In this document: positions 12,667-24,634 of the stretch, in pieces | Layout of the letters: every line of letters begins with the position of its first letter | Position numbering within the stretch: the first letter of the stretch is position 1 | NCBI GenBank assembly: GCA_013239625.1 | Contig: MU056243.1 | Coordinates: 3,856,225-3,920,224 of the forward strand | DNA length: 64,000 nucleotides | Reading direction: 5' to 3' | Origin: Lama guanicoe | Taxonomy: Eukaryota | Notes under the pieces: model-generated | Told to the model about the DNA's origin: nothing | The model's database searches: none | The model's input: the letters and a program-made list of their open reading frames with translations, nothing else | Translations under genes and position numbers: made by a program

Positions 12667-12795
12667 CTGTTAGATTGTCCCAAGTCTCGAGACCAACCCA
12701 GTCGGGGCCCTGCAGTCGCCCTTGTCCCTCCTCTTTTGAATTCAGGCTCAGACATGTCATCTGGGTTGAATGTAGTTGATTGACTTCTCCTCAGT
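12667..12795 (-). CDS. PPFIBP1: PPFIBP1 coding exon 20: LRRSQSTTFNPDDMSEPEFKRGGTRATAGPRLGWSRDLGQSN
   Basis: ttcag|A ... AG|gtgaga; 129 nt. Confidence 0.96.
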
Positions 12796-13093
12796 CTGAA
12801 GAGAAGACACAACACACGTCGCCTTGCGTGAGACCCGAGGAAGCCTTCGACTTTAAGGTTAATCAGAACATTTTGAACTGATGCATGTTATATATGGTAA
12901 GAAGAGACATTTGGATTCAAGCTTGAACTGAGACTCAATGAATGAATGAATCTCAAGTCATAATCTTCCTTCCATAAAAGGAACACAAAAGCCTTACAAT
13001 TTCATAACCATTTTCAGCCAGTTTTCCATTTATTTCTCCATTTGAGCAACATATAAGACAAAGGCCACTCCATTTGTCTGCCCTGCTACTTAC

Positions 13094-13244
13094 TTGCCAA
13101 AGAGCTTCATGATCCCCCTGGATTTCTTTTTGGAATCCGGCGAGGGTGGAGACACCTGGAAGGGACTGCTCGCCTGTGAATCTTTTGGCCGAGAAGACAC
13201 ACCAGCCAGATCTAAGTGCTCAGGTGTCTCCTTTTCTGTTTCAG
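13094..13244 (-). CDS. PPFIBP1: PPFIBP1 coding exon 19: AETEKETPEHLDL...KKKSRGIMKLFGK
   Basis: aacag|CT ... AA|gtaagt; 151 nt. Confidence 0.95.
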
Positions 13245-15321
13245 CTGTTCCAAGAACAGAAGACAAACTTGATGAAGTTTAAAATATGGAATGAACATGA
13301 CTAGATGTTAACCTCCTTGGTTTAAGCAACTGTCAAGAATTCCTCTTCTGTTGGCCTATCAATCAGTGACTTACAAAAAGCATCCTACAAATGTTAAAAA
13401 TGGAACACGAATCTGTGTTCTACTCTACCGTCTATTCTATGGTGCATCAAGTTCATTAACTCACAAATTACCACCTCTTGGAGATGCAAAGGTGTGACAG
13501 GGTTACCATATTCTCTCCTTGACTGGGTCTGAATTCATAACGAACTGATTCTCAGTCTTGCTGCAGCACATGGTATGGTAGACTACCTTCTGCAAAACCA
13601 CCATCTCCCTTAGCTTCTTGTCACACACGCTCCTGCACCTGTCATCTGCTAGTTCCTTGGCTGTGGCACCCATTTTCGCTTCCTCGCCCACTCCAAGATT
13701 CCGTCCTGGGCTTCCTCTGCAGGATCTTTTGACCAGCTCACCCACTCTGTGCTCAGCACTGGTGATGGCTTCACTCATTCATAGCCTGGTCTCTCTCCCC
13801 AGCCTCAGTATCTGAATGTCTGTGGATATCCCCAATTCGACGTGCCAGGGAATGGAACCTAACAAACCCACCCAACTTCCCTGAGAGTCTTCTTGCATTT
13901 TCTTATTTCACAGCTCATCACAACTAGTTAACAGTCTCCCTGTTACTCCAGTCTGGACTCTCATTTTCTTTGCATTCCTTCCTCTTCTTTGGCATTTACA
14001 TCAAATTGGTTACCAAGTTCTGGCAATTCCTTAAGAAATTTATTCCTGTTTATGACCTGCGATGTTCTAGGCACCAAGAGAAGAATGAACTGGATATGCA
14101 CACATTTTTCTTTTGATATAAAATTAGTGCCTGTCGATTTTTGCCTTGCCTTAAAAGAGTAACAGCCACATCTGCTACTCCCAGACCTCCCAGCATCAAA
14201 TATCCTAGTTCTCTCAGCTGTCCCTTCACGGGTGACCCCACGCTAGCAAACACACGGGATGCTGCTTCCTCAATGTGAGACTGTGCGCTTTCAGAGCAAA
14301 GTAACAGCTGTACAGTAATCACAGGGGCAGTGTTTCAGCAAGATCTGAAAGCTGCAGAGGCTGACTTTTCTATGAAGCAGAGCTGTGATTATGGGTTATA
14401 GTAAGCAGCATTTGCCTAAGATTGTCAATTATATTGACAATATGTTTCTTCTAAGAAAGATGCAAAAACATTCGAAAACAGTTATCTGAATTATCATTTT
14501 TATCCACCCTGTGTTCATTCTGGACATTCAAGGCTACAGAGAAAGTCACCTTTGCAGATGCATGTGAACAGATACGTGAATACCTACACGAGGTAACAGA
14601 ACCTACTGGGAAGACCCACGGGGACCTTTCCATTCGAAACCTACAGCCACGATGGGTACAGGTGTCCCTGAAAACGCTGCCCAGCCCACCCTCATTTAAA
14701 AAGCATCCTGTTTTTATTTTTTGTTTTGAGGATTTTTTTCACCTACTGTACTCTGCCCTTTCAAGAGGAAAACTGAGCTTTCCCCCATCCTAAAATTGCT
14801 TTCAGGGTGACTCCTCAGGTGCCGCATAAAGTTACCTCTGTCGACATTAAACGTTACCTCCATCTTCAAAAGGCAAGAGTGTGTCAGAAGAATGTTCCTC
14901 TAAGGGAAGTAAGTCTAAAACGATCATTTCCAATGTCTTCCACAGACCTCTCTTCTCTATTTGGCTAAACTAACCATTTCTTTCTGGAGGCTGGGGGAAA
15001 TGTAACCATGGAGAAGGAACCTGGGAGTTAGTGTGAGATGCTCTGCGCTTCGGGGTGATGGAGCAGGACTTGTGACGCCAGGACGGTCCCGCCCTGCCCG
15101 CAGAGCTACTCGCGACGTGTCATTAGCATTGGTTACAACAGTGTTTAGGCTTGGAAGCAAAGGCTCTACAGAGAGGGTGGGAGGAACAGCCTGGAGTCAA
15201 GAACTCCGCTTTCTTTCAGAGGCTTGGCAGCTCGCTTTGTAGAGATCAGAGACGCCGAGAGCGGGGATTAGCTCGGTTGGGAGCGCAGCGCTGGCGAAGG
15301 CGGGCATGCAGGGTACGGTAC

Positions 15322-15354
15322 CTAGGGTGGGTGCACTGGCACTTCGTTTACGAT
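15322..15354 (-). CDS. PPFIBP1: PPFIBP1 coding exon 18, 33-nt cassette: DRKRSASAPTL
   Basis: tgaag|AT ... G|gtaccg; symmetric phase 1; peptide matches a recalled human isoform. Confidence 0.88.
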   Translation of the reverse strand: MVNEVPVHPP

Positions 15355-15831
15355 CTTCAGATATCCCACCAACGCACACAATCACACGCAGCCCAGTGGA
15401 GAGAACATAGGGGAATGACAAAATGAAACACGGATCAAACGCCTGCTCACAAAGTACACACGGTGCGAGGGAAGGCAGCCTCCCACGCCGCACACAGACT
15501 CCACCAGCAGCGTCAGTGTGGGTTAATCTACCCGCTTTCAAGACGGATGGGAAGTTGTTGATGATGAAGTCAGAGAGGATCACGGTGTTTGGGCTTGCCT
15601 CCACGGTTACACCCCGGAACAGGGCAGGATGAGCGGCCGCATCGAGCTAACTCTACCTCTGAATTAAGCCCACAGAATTTTTTTTTTTTGGCTGACCTTC
15701 CCCCACCCAAGTCATTCACCTTCATTTCTGAGAAAGAGAAATGTACAAACAAGATGAATAAGGGAAGGGAAGAGATTGCTCTTTTCCTCATTCACAAAAA
15801 ATTAAGGCAAAGGCACTTTGGCCCCACGTAC

Positions 15832-16003
15832 CCAAGTTCGGTGCGCTTGCTGTCCTCTTGTTACTTTTAATTTTAAAAAAGCCACGACCAAAGGAAGACC
15901 TGGCTTTTCGAGTGCCGAAGGGATTGTCATCCACCGAGGCGTCGTGTCCTGGGGCTTTGGGAGGGAGGCTCCCAAACGGACTGCTTTCTACCGGGGCTTT
16001 ATC
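15832..16003 (-). CDS. PPFIBP1: PPFIBP1 coding exon 17: DKAPVESSPFGSLPP...KRTASAPNL
   Basis: ctcag|GAT ... G|gtacgt; 172 nt. Confidence 0.95.
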
Positions 16004-16518
16004 CTGAGAGAGAAGCCACAATACATGCAACACAGCACAAATGTGCATAATTATTAGTACATGACTGACGCAGTACTAAATATGCTACACGCGTGATTTT
16101 ATTGAAAATAACTGAACAAACTGATTATGAATGTCAAATGCCACATCAGAAGTTAAGAAAGTCAATTCTGAAAACTACTGAAGGAACAACGAAACATGTC
16201 ATCACTAATCTTAACCCATGTATTTGGGACTTCAAATATTTAGGATAGATATAGAAATTCTCAAGTGTTATCTTAATTTTATTTGCCTCATTCCCACCAA
16301 GACATGGAGATTAAATATTACATAACTAGATAAGCAGTAGATTTCTTACTTTTCTAACAATTATGACACAGATTTGGCTATGATATAGTTCACGGTCTTT
16401 ATAACTACATCGGTAGTAGCCCAATTTAATGTAATTATTCTACAAAGTAGGCGTTAGTCCCAAGCTTCTATACCAGCAGTATGAGTTTCTACTCCAGTCA
16501 TTTTAAATATTCCTTGCA

Positions 16519-16605
16519 GGGGAGGGTGTAGCTCAGTGGTTGAGCATGTGCCTAGCATACAGAGGTCCTGGGTTCAGTCCCCAGTACCACCATTAAATAA
16601 ATTAA
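16519..16605 (+). mobile_element. tRNA-derived SINE (vic-1-like, short)
   Basis: ggggagggtgtagctcagtgg...gggttcagtccccagtacc. Confidence 0.85.
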
Positions 16606-16888
16606 TCAAATATTCTTCCTTAAAGAATCAGCAATAAAATGAAGGCCCAATCAGTAACTTAAAAACTTTTTTTTTTTAAAAATGGGATTCTGGGTTAAAC
16701 TCACTCTTGCCCAAGAGTTATGAAACATGGACTCACCAATTTTCAAAGACTGTGATACGTTCAGATACTCTTATTAAGACTAAATGCTCCAAAATTAAAA
16801 TTTTCTTAGTTGACTTATTAGAAGCCACTTTAGATCTTGACAATATTTCAGAATCTGTATCAAGAACTTCAATTGTGATTTTAAAATA

Positions 16889-17384
16889 TAGGCATACTTC
16901 ATTTTATTGGGCTCTGCTTTATTATGCCACATAGATACTGTGTTTTTTTTCACAAATTGAAAGTCTGTGGCAACCCTCCACTGGCACCGGTTTTCCAACA
17001 TCATTTGCTCACTTTGTGTCTCTGTGTCACATTTTGGTATTCTCACCATATTTCAAACGTTTCCATTATTATTCTATTCATTATGGTGACCTGTGACCAA
17101 TGATCTTAGATGTTACTCTTGCAAAAAGATTACAGCTTGCTGAAGGCTCAGATGATGCTTAGCATTTCTCAGCAATAAAGAACTCTGTAATGAAGGTATG
17201 TACTTTTTTTTTTAGACATAATGCTCTTGCATGTGTAATAGGCTACAGCATAGTGCAAACATAGTTTTATATGCACTGGGAAACCAAAAAGTTTGTGTGA
17301 CTCATTTCATTGCAATATTTACTTTATTGTAATATTTGCTTTATTGTGGTGGCCTGGATCGAACCTGTAATACAGGTATGCCTG
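16889..17384 (+). mobile_element. Tigger1-like DNA transposon, internal-deletion derivative
   Basis: Terminal inverted repeats (t/c)aggcatac...gtatgcctg with flanking TA. Confidence 0.8.
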
Positions 17385-17749
17385 TAGCTGATTTTTGAGC
17401 TTTCTGGTTATCTGAATGGGCAATTACAGTAACATGGTCTCTCGTACAGTTTTAGTATCACCCACGGATTCTTTAGTTTGCACGTTCTTGTTTCTCGGAC
17501 ATCTCTTGCCCTTTCTTTCTTTTTTGCAGAAGTGGAGAGAAGGAAGAGGAAACAGACTTTGAAGGTGGTTATTTTACTTTACATATCTACCATTCATAGT
17601 AATCAAAAATTTACAGATGCCACAATTTAGTGGTACTATTGTCTATGTCTCAATGCTGATGTCAAACTCATTTCACCATTTATTGAATTAGCAAGACCAA
17701 AAGAACAGACAACGCTTTAATGATCGAAAATCAGAAGAAAGAAGAACCA

Positions 17750-17912
17750 AGGAGGGAGGTTATAGCTCAGGCAGTAAGAGTGCATGCTTAGCATGCATAA
17801 GGTCCTGGGTTCAATCCCCAGCACCTCCTCTAAAAATAAATAAGTAAATAAACCTAATTACCTACCTCTGCCAAGAATAAAAAAGAATTTTTTTTTAAAA
17901 GAAAAAAAAAAA
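17750..17912 (+). mobile_element. tRNA-derived SINE (vic-1-like)
   Basis: A/B boxes and an A-rich tail. Confidence 0.85.
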
Positions 17913-18109
17913 AGGACCAGAGCCCATGTTGGTAATGCCTTTAAAAATACCAAAATGTCTGCTATAGTTGGACAGTGGTTATAGAAAATAAACTGCTGGT
18001 ACCCCATCTAAGAAGGGCTTTCTGTGAAGCCTAAGGAAGCCCAGTTATGGTCATCATGGTCATCAAATTGCACGACTGAGAGTTTGGGGTTTTGTTTTTG
18101 TTTTTTCAA

Positions 18110-18420
18110 TTACTTACTGAGGGGAAAGTCGTATAACATAAAAGTAACTACTTTAAAGTGAGCGACTCGGTAGCATTTAGTACATTCACCCTGTTGTGTA
18201 ACTAAGGCCTCTATCTAGTTCTAAAACATTTCCATCATTCTACAGTAAACCTCCTTCATTGAGCAGTTTCTCCCCATCCCTCTCTCCTCCACCCCTGGCC
18301 ACCATCCAATCTGTGCTCTGTCCCTGTGGATTTATCTGTTCTGGGTATTTCACATAAATAAAACCATATGGGATCTTTGGTGTTTGGCTTCGTTCCTTTG
18401 GCATATTTTGTAGGTTCTGA
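18110..18420 (-). mobile_element. Old L1 (L1M) 3' fragment
   Basis: Typical antisense L1M 3'UTR text (gcatttagtacattcac...ctgtccctgtggattta). Confidence 0.6.
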
Positions 18421-18528
18421 GACTTTCGGTTTACTGGAGACATTTAAGCAGTCTTAAGTATTAGACGTCTACTACATGTATTAGAAGTCTCAAACATTTT
18501 TATATTATAATCTAGACATAAAAATTAC

Positions 18529-18558
18529 CTCTGAAGGCCTCGGAATAGACTCCTTTTC
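18529..18558 (-). CDS. PPFIBP1: PPFIBP1 coding exon 16, 30 nt: EKESIPRPSE
   Basis: aacag|GAA ... GAG|gtaatt; corresponds to recalled human EKETIQKTSE. Confidence 0.87.
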
Positions 18559-18911
18559 CTGTTCAAAACAACAACAATATTTAAGATTGTTATAGGAATC
18601 CTTTATCTATTCAGAATTTGTCACATATAATTCAACAAATTAAAATAAATTTACATCTATTTCTAAGCTACAAAAATCTCAATTTCATTTATTTCCTATA
18701 ACATTTTATTAAAGTCTCCATTTCCAGTTCTACATACTAATTTCAATCCTTTATATTTATATCTTACTGTTTATCATTAACCGTGCTATTCGTCATTTTC
18801 CGTTATCAAAACCACGAGCTCTTAAGAGTTTTATTTGCAAAATGGGAAAAGATGAAGATCCCTAAATATTTTCTTCTCAGGGTAACAGACGGAAAAAAAC
18901 ACAGAACCAAC

Positions 18912-18972
18912 CCCATCTGATGACTCTTTCTTCAGATTGCCCAGGCTGCTAGACTTTTGCAGACTTGAAGTT
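18912..18972 (-). CDS. PPFIBP1: PPFIBP1 coding exon 15: TSSLQKSSSLGNLKKESSDG
   Basis: tttag|A ... GGG|gttggt; 61 nt. Confidence 0.94.
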
Positions 18973-19993
18973 CTAAAAATAATAAGAAGAAGAATTACGA
19001 TTAATAATAAGTGGCCCTGGTGCCACTGGTTCTAAGTAGAATACCTTGGAAAGAAATGAAAATTGTATGTGAGTGGAATCCTGGTAATTAAAGAAAATCT
19101 GGATTCAGACAGTCACTTATGTGCTTAACTAAATTATAACGTTTAGTTCTTTTAAAAGCAGGGCTGGTTAACTGTTCTGCCAATAACTCTGAATGCCTCG
19201 CACACGTTAGAATAGCTGGAAACACACTTAGGACTACCCTGTGATGTCGATATTTGAAAATAAAACAGTGTTTTCCACGGACTAGTGGTGCACCCTTTGC
19301 ATATATACATTTACACCAGGAACTTAAAAAATACTCAGGTACTATTTATATATAATTCTCCTAATTAAAGTGAAGGATAAGAGTTTTGCTTTCCAATTCA
19401 CAAAGGAATCAATCTTCTGAGTCTGGCAAAGCACTTCACTTTGTATTTCTAATCAAGGAAAACAGAGGAACCCCTACTGCTGCCTAGAATAATTCCTTTG
19501 CTGTCCTGCTGAAGGTACAATGACAATGTAAATAAACATCTGGAAAGCATTTCTCTTTCACGTAAGTAGCATTCAATTACATAGAGCTGGTGTTACTCAA
19601 ACACGGAAAGTGACCAGTTTGAAAATGAGAAAAAAAAAAAGTAACATCTTTGCTCTAAGAAACAGAATAACATAATACGTTAACAAACGTTTAAAAGGCA
19701 TTTCTCATCTATTTGTCTGTAAATAAGCTGCTCGAAAGGTCCATTACCAAATAAAGTCAAAGATAACGAAGAGAAGAGAGAAGATCTCATCTTTGAGTAC
19801 TGCTCTGAAAATAGATTTTCCTAATTTAATACAGACTTTAACTTGGATAAACTTAGATATTAGGTCAGCTTATTAAACTGAAAATGGAAAACACTGCTGG
19901 CAGGCTTACCAGCCATCACATCATTCTCTGTGATGCTTTTCTGTTAGACTTATATTCAAAACGTAAGTTCAAAAATGAAATTAAAGGCACTGA

Positions 19994-20103
19994 GATAGAC
20001 TGGGATTTCAAAATTGTAGAATAGATAAACAAGATTATACTGTATAGCACAGGGAAATATATACAAGATCTTATGGTAGGTCACAGAGAAAGGAATGTGA
20101 CAA

Positions 20104-20137
<34 letters not shown>

Positions 20138-20227
20138 CATGTATAATTGAAAAATTGTGCTCTACGCTGGAATTTGACATAACATTGTAAAATGATTATA
20201 ATCAATAAAAAATGTTAAAAAAAAATA
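19994..20227 (+). mobile_element. 5'-truncated L1 3' end with TSD taaaggcactga and internal (TA)n
   Basis: L1-type 3'UTR, AATAAA, A tail and TSD. Confidence 0.8.
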
Positions 20228-20489
20228 AAGGCACTGAACTTCAAATAAAAACTGACAAAGGAAGGCCAAAGACTGGCAGAAAGTTGGCATGAGATAATGG
20301 TAAAAGAGCAAGTATTTATTTGTTAATTTTCAACCCCTACCCCACCCCCACCCAGTCATTTTAGCTGCATCAATTCATTCAGACCTCAGGCCATTTGCTT
20401 GTAACACTGGTTATTGTTAGTGTACCAGAAGCTTCCTCTCCCCAAGTGTCAATCACATTTTTCACATTCACATTTCAAATATAACTTAC

Positions 20490-20546
20490 AAAAGACCATC
20501 ACATGATTGGGTCTCAGCAGCAGAACCAAGGATTATTTTTCCATCA
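20490..20546 (-). CDS. PPFIBP1: PPFIBP1 coding exon 14, 57 nt: (N)DGKIILGSAAETQSCDGL(L)
   Basis: tttag|T ... TT|gtaagt; symmetric phase 2; corresponds to recalled human DGNIILGATVDTQLCDKLL. Confidence 0.88.
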
Positions 20547-21125
20547 CTAAAATACAAAAAAAAAAAAAAAAGGTATTTATGAGCTTTATTTTAAAAAAGA
20601 AAAAAGGCCATATATATTCCAAGCGAACAGAACTGCCAAAACTAAAAAACTGTGCGAAGAAAGCTATTTTTCTTTCTTTCAATATTCCATTGTACTTAAT
20701 TTTATGTGATCTAATTATAAGACAAGGCCATTAATTTGAGAATATGTTGCTTACAGAAAAACTACCGTATCTCTGTCCTGTCTCCTTCACAGTCATCTTC
20801 CAAACAGCCTGGACATGTGACTGTCACTATCTTGCCTGCAACACTTTGATGGCCACCCATGACCTAGGACATAAAATCCAAGTTCCCCAACCCCTGCCTA
20901 AGCTGACCAGCGCACTTCCCCAGCCTCATCTCCAGGTACTCCCTGCTTCACACCTTTTATTTTAATACTACAGAACCACTAGCCGGTTCCCTGGCACGCG
21001 TCTCACTGTTTCTTGCTTCTCTGGGTAAAACATTCTGTCTGTAAATAAACGCAGTGAACTCTTGCTTTTGGTGGATTTATTTTTTGGAGCATTTATACTG
21101 CAGTGTTAGGCCATAAATGACATAC

Positions 21126-21241
21126 TTCTCCTCCAATGAAGTCTCGGGCTTAGGAGGCAATTTCGCTTTTTCCGAAGTTTCCAAGCCTTTAGATGCTGGC
21201 AATGATGAAGGGATTGAAACTTGCAAGATGCTGGTGTGAAA
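21126..21241 (-). CDS. PPFIBP1: PPFIBP1 coding exon 13: FHTSILQVSIPSSLPASKGLETSEKAKLPPKPETSLEE
   Basis: tccag|TTT ... AA|gtatgt; 116 nt. Confidence 0.92.
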
Positions 21242-22389
21242 CTGGAATATAATGATAGAGAGCCAAAAATCAATCCATCAAACAAACAAAACACACGCCA
21301 CAGAGTAACACAAAATAAATAAGACAATTAAATGGCCTATTGATAAAATTTCATATACCTGTGCTTAGAATTCTGTTCTTATATTTATAAAATGCTTTCA
21401 GGATACAAACATCTAGAAGTGTTACACAGAGAAAATATTCTGGCAGAAGGCAATTCCTGAACTTGGTTCTGAAGATAACATCACATGTTGAAAATAAGAC
21501 ATAATAAATTAAGTTAATAGTAGAACCTACCAACCTTAAGCCTTGGTTGAAATCTTGGCTCTGATGCACTTGCCTAAGTGACCCTCTTGACCTTAGGCAA
21601 GTCACTTAACTGGGCATCAGTTTTCTCCCCCGTCAATTAACAACGACAATGCCTACCTTATAGGACTGCAATGGTTTTAGATGAGATTTTGGTTAAGACC
21701 AATCGGCACTTTCTGCTAAGCACTAGTTACCAAACCCGGCACCGTTTTCACTTTAACTTCTGCCCCTAGTCTGACACAGAACATCGGTCAGGCCAGTTAA
21801 CTGTTATTCTATTTATGAACAAGTTGACCAACTTCATTTACAGAATTGATGCAAAGTGAAATTAAACGATAAGTCACATTATTCTAAAATAGGAGATTAT
21901 TTCACTATCATTTTTTCCAGTCTGCGTCTTTATGATCCATCCTGGGCAGTTTACGGAGCCACCATCCCCGTTTCCTGCGGCTCATGCATCTCCATGGGTT
22001 CCCCACCACTGGGAGAAGTTGCAACACCAGCAGGCTGGCCCACCCTCCTGATTTCCTTTCACACTCTAGGGCTTTAACTCCAACCTCAAATTGCCCTCCT
22101 GGCTTTTCTTTCCAAACGTGGGTGAACACTCTGCATCCTCCTCAAATCAATCTTGTTCCAAACTAAAAATATGTCATTAAACTACAATTCACAGAGCAAA
22201 GACTTTTTTTCGGTAACGATGTGAGATTATCTGGCTGTATCCTATATGGCACAACGGTCTCCCTCTATAAATGCAGCACGTGCACCTGGCTGTCAGATGT
22301 TACTTTTCGCCTTCGGTATAAATATTCAATAATTCGGGGATTTTTCCCTCTAAAATAGTTCTTATTCCTTAACTAACTCCTTGGTTTTT

Positions 22390-22720
22390 TTCTTTCAGCT
22401 TCACTGAGATAAAATTGACATAGAGCTACTGTGTAAGTTTTAGGCGTACAGCCTCATGACTTGACTTACATACATTGTGATATGATTACCGTAGTTAAGT
22501 TTAGTCAACATCTATCACCTCATGCAGATACCAAAAAAAAAAAAGGAAATATTTTTTTCCTTGTAATAAGAACTTTTAGGATCTACTCTCTCAGGAACTT
22601 TCAAATACACAACACAGCAGTGCTAGCTACAGTCATCACACTGGGCATTATACCCCCAGTACTTACAGCTGGAAGTCTGGACCTTTAGACTAACTGCCTT
22701 CATCTAATTGCCCCTCCCAC
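22390..22720 (-). mobile_element. Old L1 (L1M) 3' fragment
   Basis: ttgacttacatacattgtgatatgattacc...aggatctactctctcagg. Confidence 0.6.
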
Positions 22721-23069
22721 TCATTGCTTGTTAATGACACACGTTAGCCCTCTCTTACGTTTAAAAGAGAAACGTTGTTTTCTCCTTGAGTTCATTTTCA
22801 TTCAATTCAAATTTCATATTCTCATTATGTCATTATGAGCAACAGAGATAAAAAGGAAAGATGTCATTTGATTTCTTCTCACTTCTTATAATAAAATGTT
22901 AGAAGACAGATGACCAGAGAAGGAATTGATAAATATAAGGGAGCCAACATTGTTCTGTTCAAGAAGGGGTCCTTGCAGAGGGGATGAATGTATTTTCCAC
23001 AGGGGAGGAACGTATATTGTTGTAACCAAGGAGGGGAGGAGCAGACTGCATTTTTCAAATATGGTTTGC

Positions 23070-23550
23070 ACCAATATATCCCGTCCCACGTGTTCTTCTT
23101 ATAATGTGATTCTGTCACTTGTCCATCAAGAAGTAGGGTCTACATTCCCTCTCCTTGAATCTGGGTGGGCCTGTGACTACAGAAGAGATTCTATATGACC
23201 TCTGGGATATGTCTCAAAGGTGATCCCGTCTGTCTGGTCCCCTTCTCAGGACGCTTGTCCTTAAGAGCCAGCCACCATACTGTGAGGAAGCCAAGCAGGG
23301 ACATGTAGTTGCTCTGGCCAGAGCCTCAGCTGAGGTCCCAGCCGACAGACAGCCTCTACCACCAGACGCATGAATGAGTAGCCTTCAGATGACTTAAGAC
23401 CCCAGCCTTCCCGCCATCCCAGCTGAAGCTGAGTGGAGGAGAGATGAGACGTCCCTGCACAGCCTTGATCAAAGTGCAGACTCATCAAGCAAAATGAATG
23501 TTGTCATTCAAGCCACAGAGTTTGGGGGTGGTGTGCAACAGGTAACAAAA
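23070..23550 (+). mobile_element. MaLR (MLT1-type) solo LTR, approximate
   Basis: Motifs ccttgaatctgggtgggcctgtgact, agccagccaccatactgtgaggaagcc and agccacagagtttggggg. Confidence 0.6.
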
Positions 23551-24479
23551 ACAGATTTTAGTGCCAGTTTGAAGTGAAAGCCTCAAATCTTACGAGTTTA
23601 AGACTGTTCATTCCCCTCCAGTTCCTTTTTACAAGTTAAGCAAAATCAGGGGGAAATTTTCTTCCCTCATCTTTTTAAAAAGAATTTGAAAGCAGTCATT
23701 GTTTATTAACCAACCAGATTACAAAAATAATCATGGTAGACATCTTAGTTCATCCTTCTAATAGACCTGTTGATCTGGTCTACCCTGTTGCCAGCACCTC
23801 CATCTTCTACAAAATCAGTGGTCTTTTCTTCATCCCACCTGGTGAAGATAATTTGAAGGGGCACAGGCAGGTGTTTGCCTCTTTGAAGCATTTCCCAACA
23901 CTACAGATCTCGTGAATCAGATTCTCCATGAAGATGACACCATCTTCACCAGGAGACCAAGCGTCAGTGTGTTAGCTGTCAGGGCAATTTGCTTCGTGTT
24001 GTTTTACCATAACTACACTTGTAGATCAGTTCCTTTGCTGACCTCACGTTTGGGTACCCCCATGTAACAAATGGCTCTACAATCCCCAGCATGTTAACTG
24101 AAGTCCATCACCGTTCAGAGTTACCATCACAAGTGACTAAAATCAATTTATCCTCACTGTACCCTCACTTTACATATTCCCTACATACTCTTTAATAAGG
24201 AGATTATAATCTCATATTGAAGATGACATCCATCTTAAAAGGGAGATGGATGTTTTCATATGTTTTTCCTGAATTATATAAGCAGGTGACATTACCTAAG
24301 TTTATTTATTAAAGAGAGGAGGCGAAAATCACACATTTCAAATAAAGACCTGGAGATCACAAAAACTGCCAGGGCAAAGCAGGTCAGTAATCCAACTGAG
24401 AAGAGAACCCATGTCTTGGATGTTATCAATAGCCTGTTAACTTTCAATGACGGTCTAACATGAAAAAACTGTTAAATAC

Positions 24480-24634
24480 CTCTTCTGTAACACTTGTGTT
24501 AAGCGGGTCATGGCTGGGAGATCCCGTTCCTGGCGTAGGCGACAGACTTTTCTCCAGATCACTAAAACTCTGCGCGTCCAGCAAAGTGGAGATGGAACCG
24601 GAAGGGAGCAGATCTTCAAAGTCGCCGTCTTGGC
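24480..24634 (-). CDS. PPFIBP1: PPFIBP1 coding exon 12: GQDGDFEDLLPSGSISTLLDAQ...PLNTSVTEE
   Basis: cctag|GC ... GAG|gtattt; 155 nt. Confidence 0.93.

Noticed and set aside
19910-19940. Possible 31-nt poison exon (ctaacag|AAAAGC...CTG|gtaagc)
   Set aside because: Good donor, but the acceptor has no pyrimidine tract; it shifts frame and has no other support.
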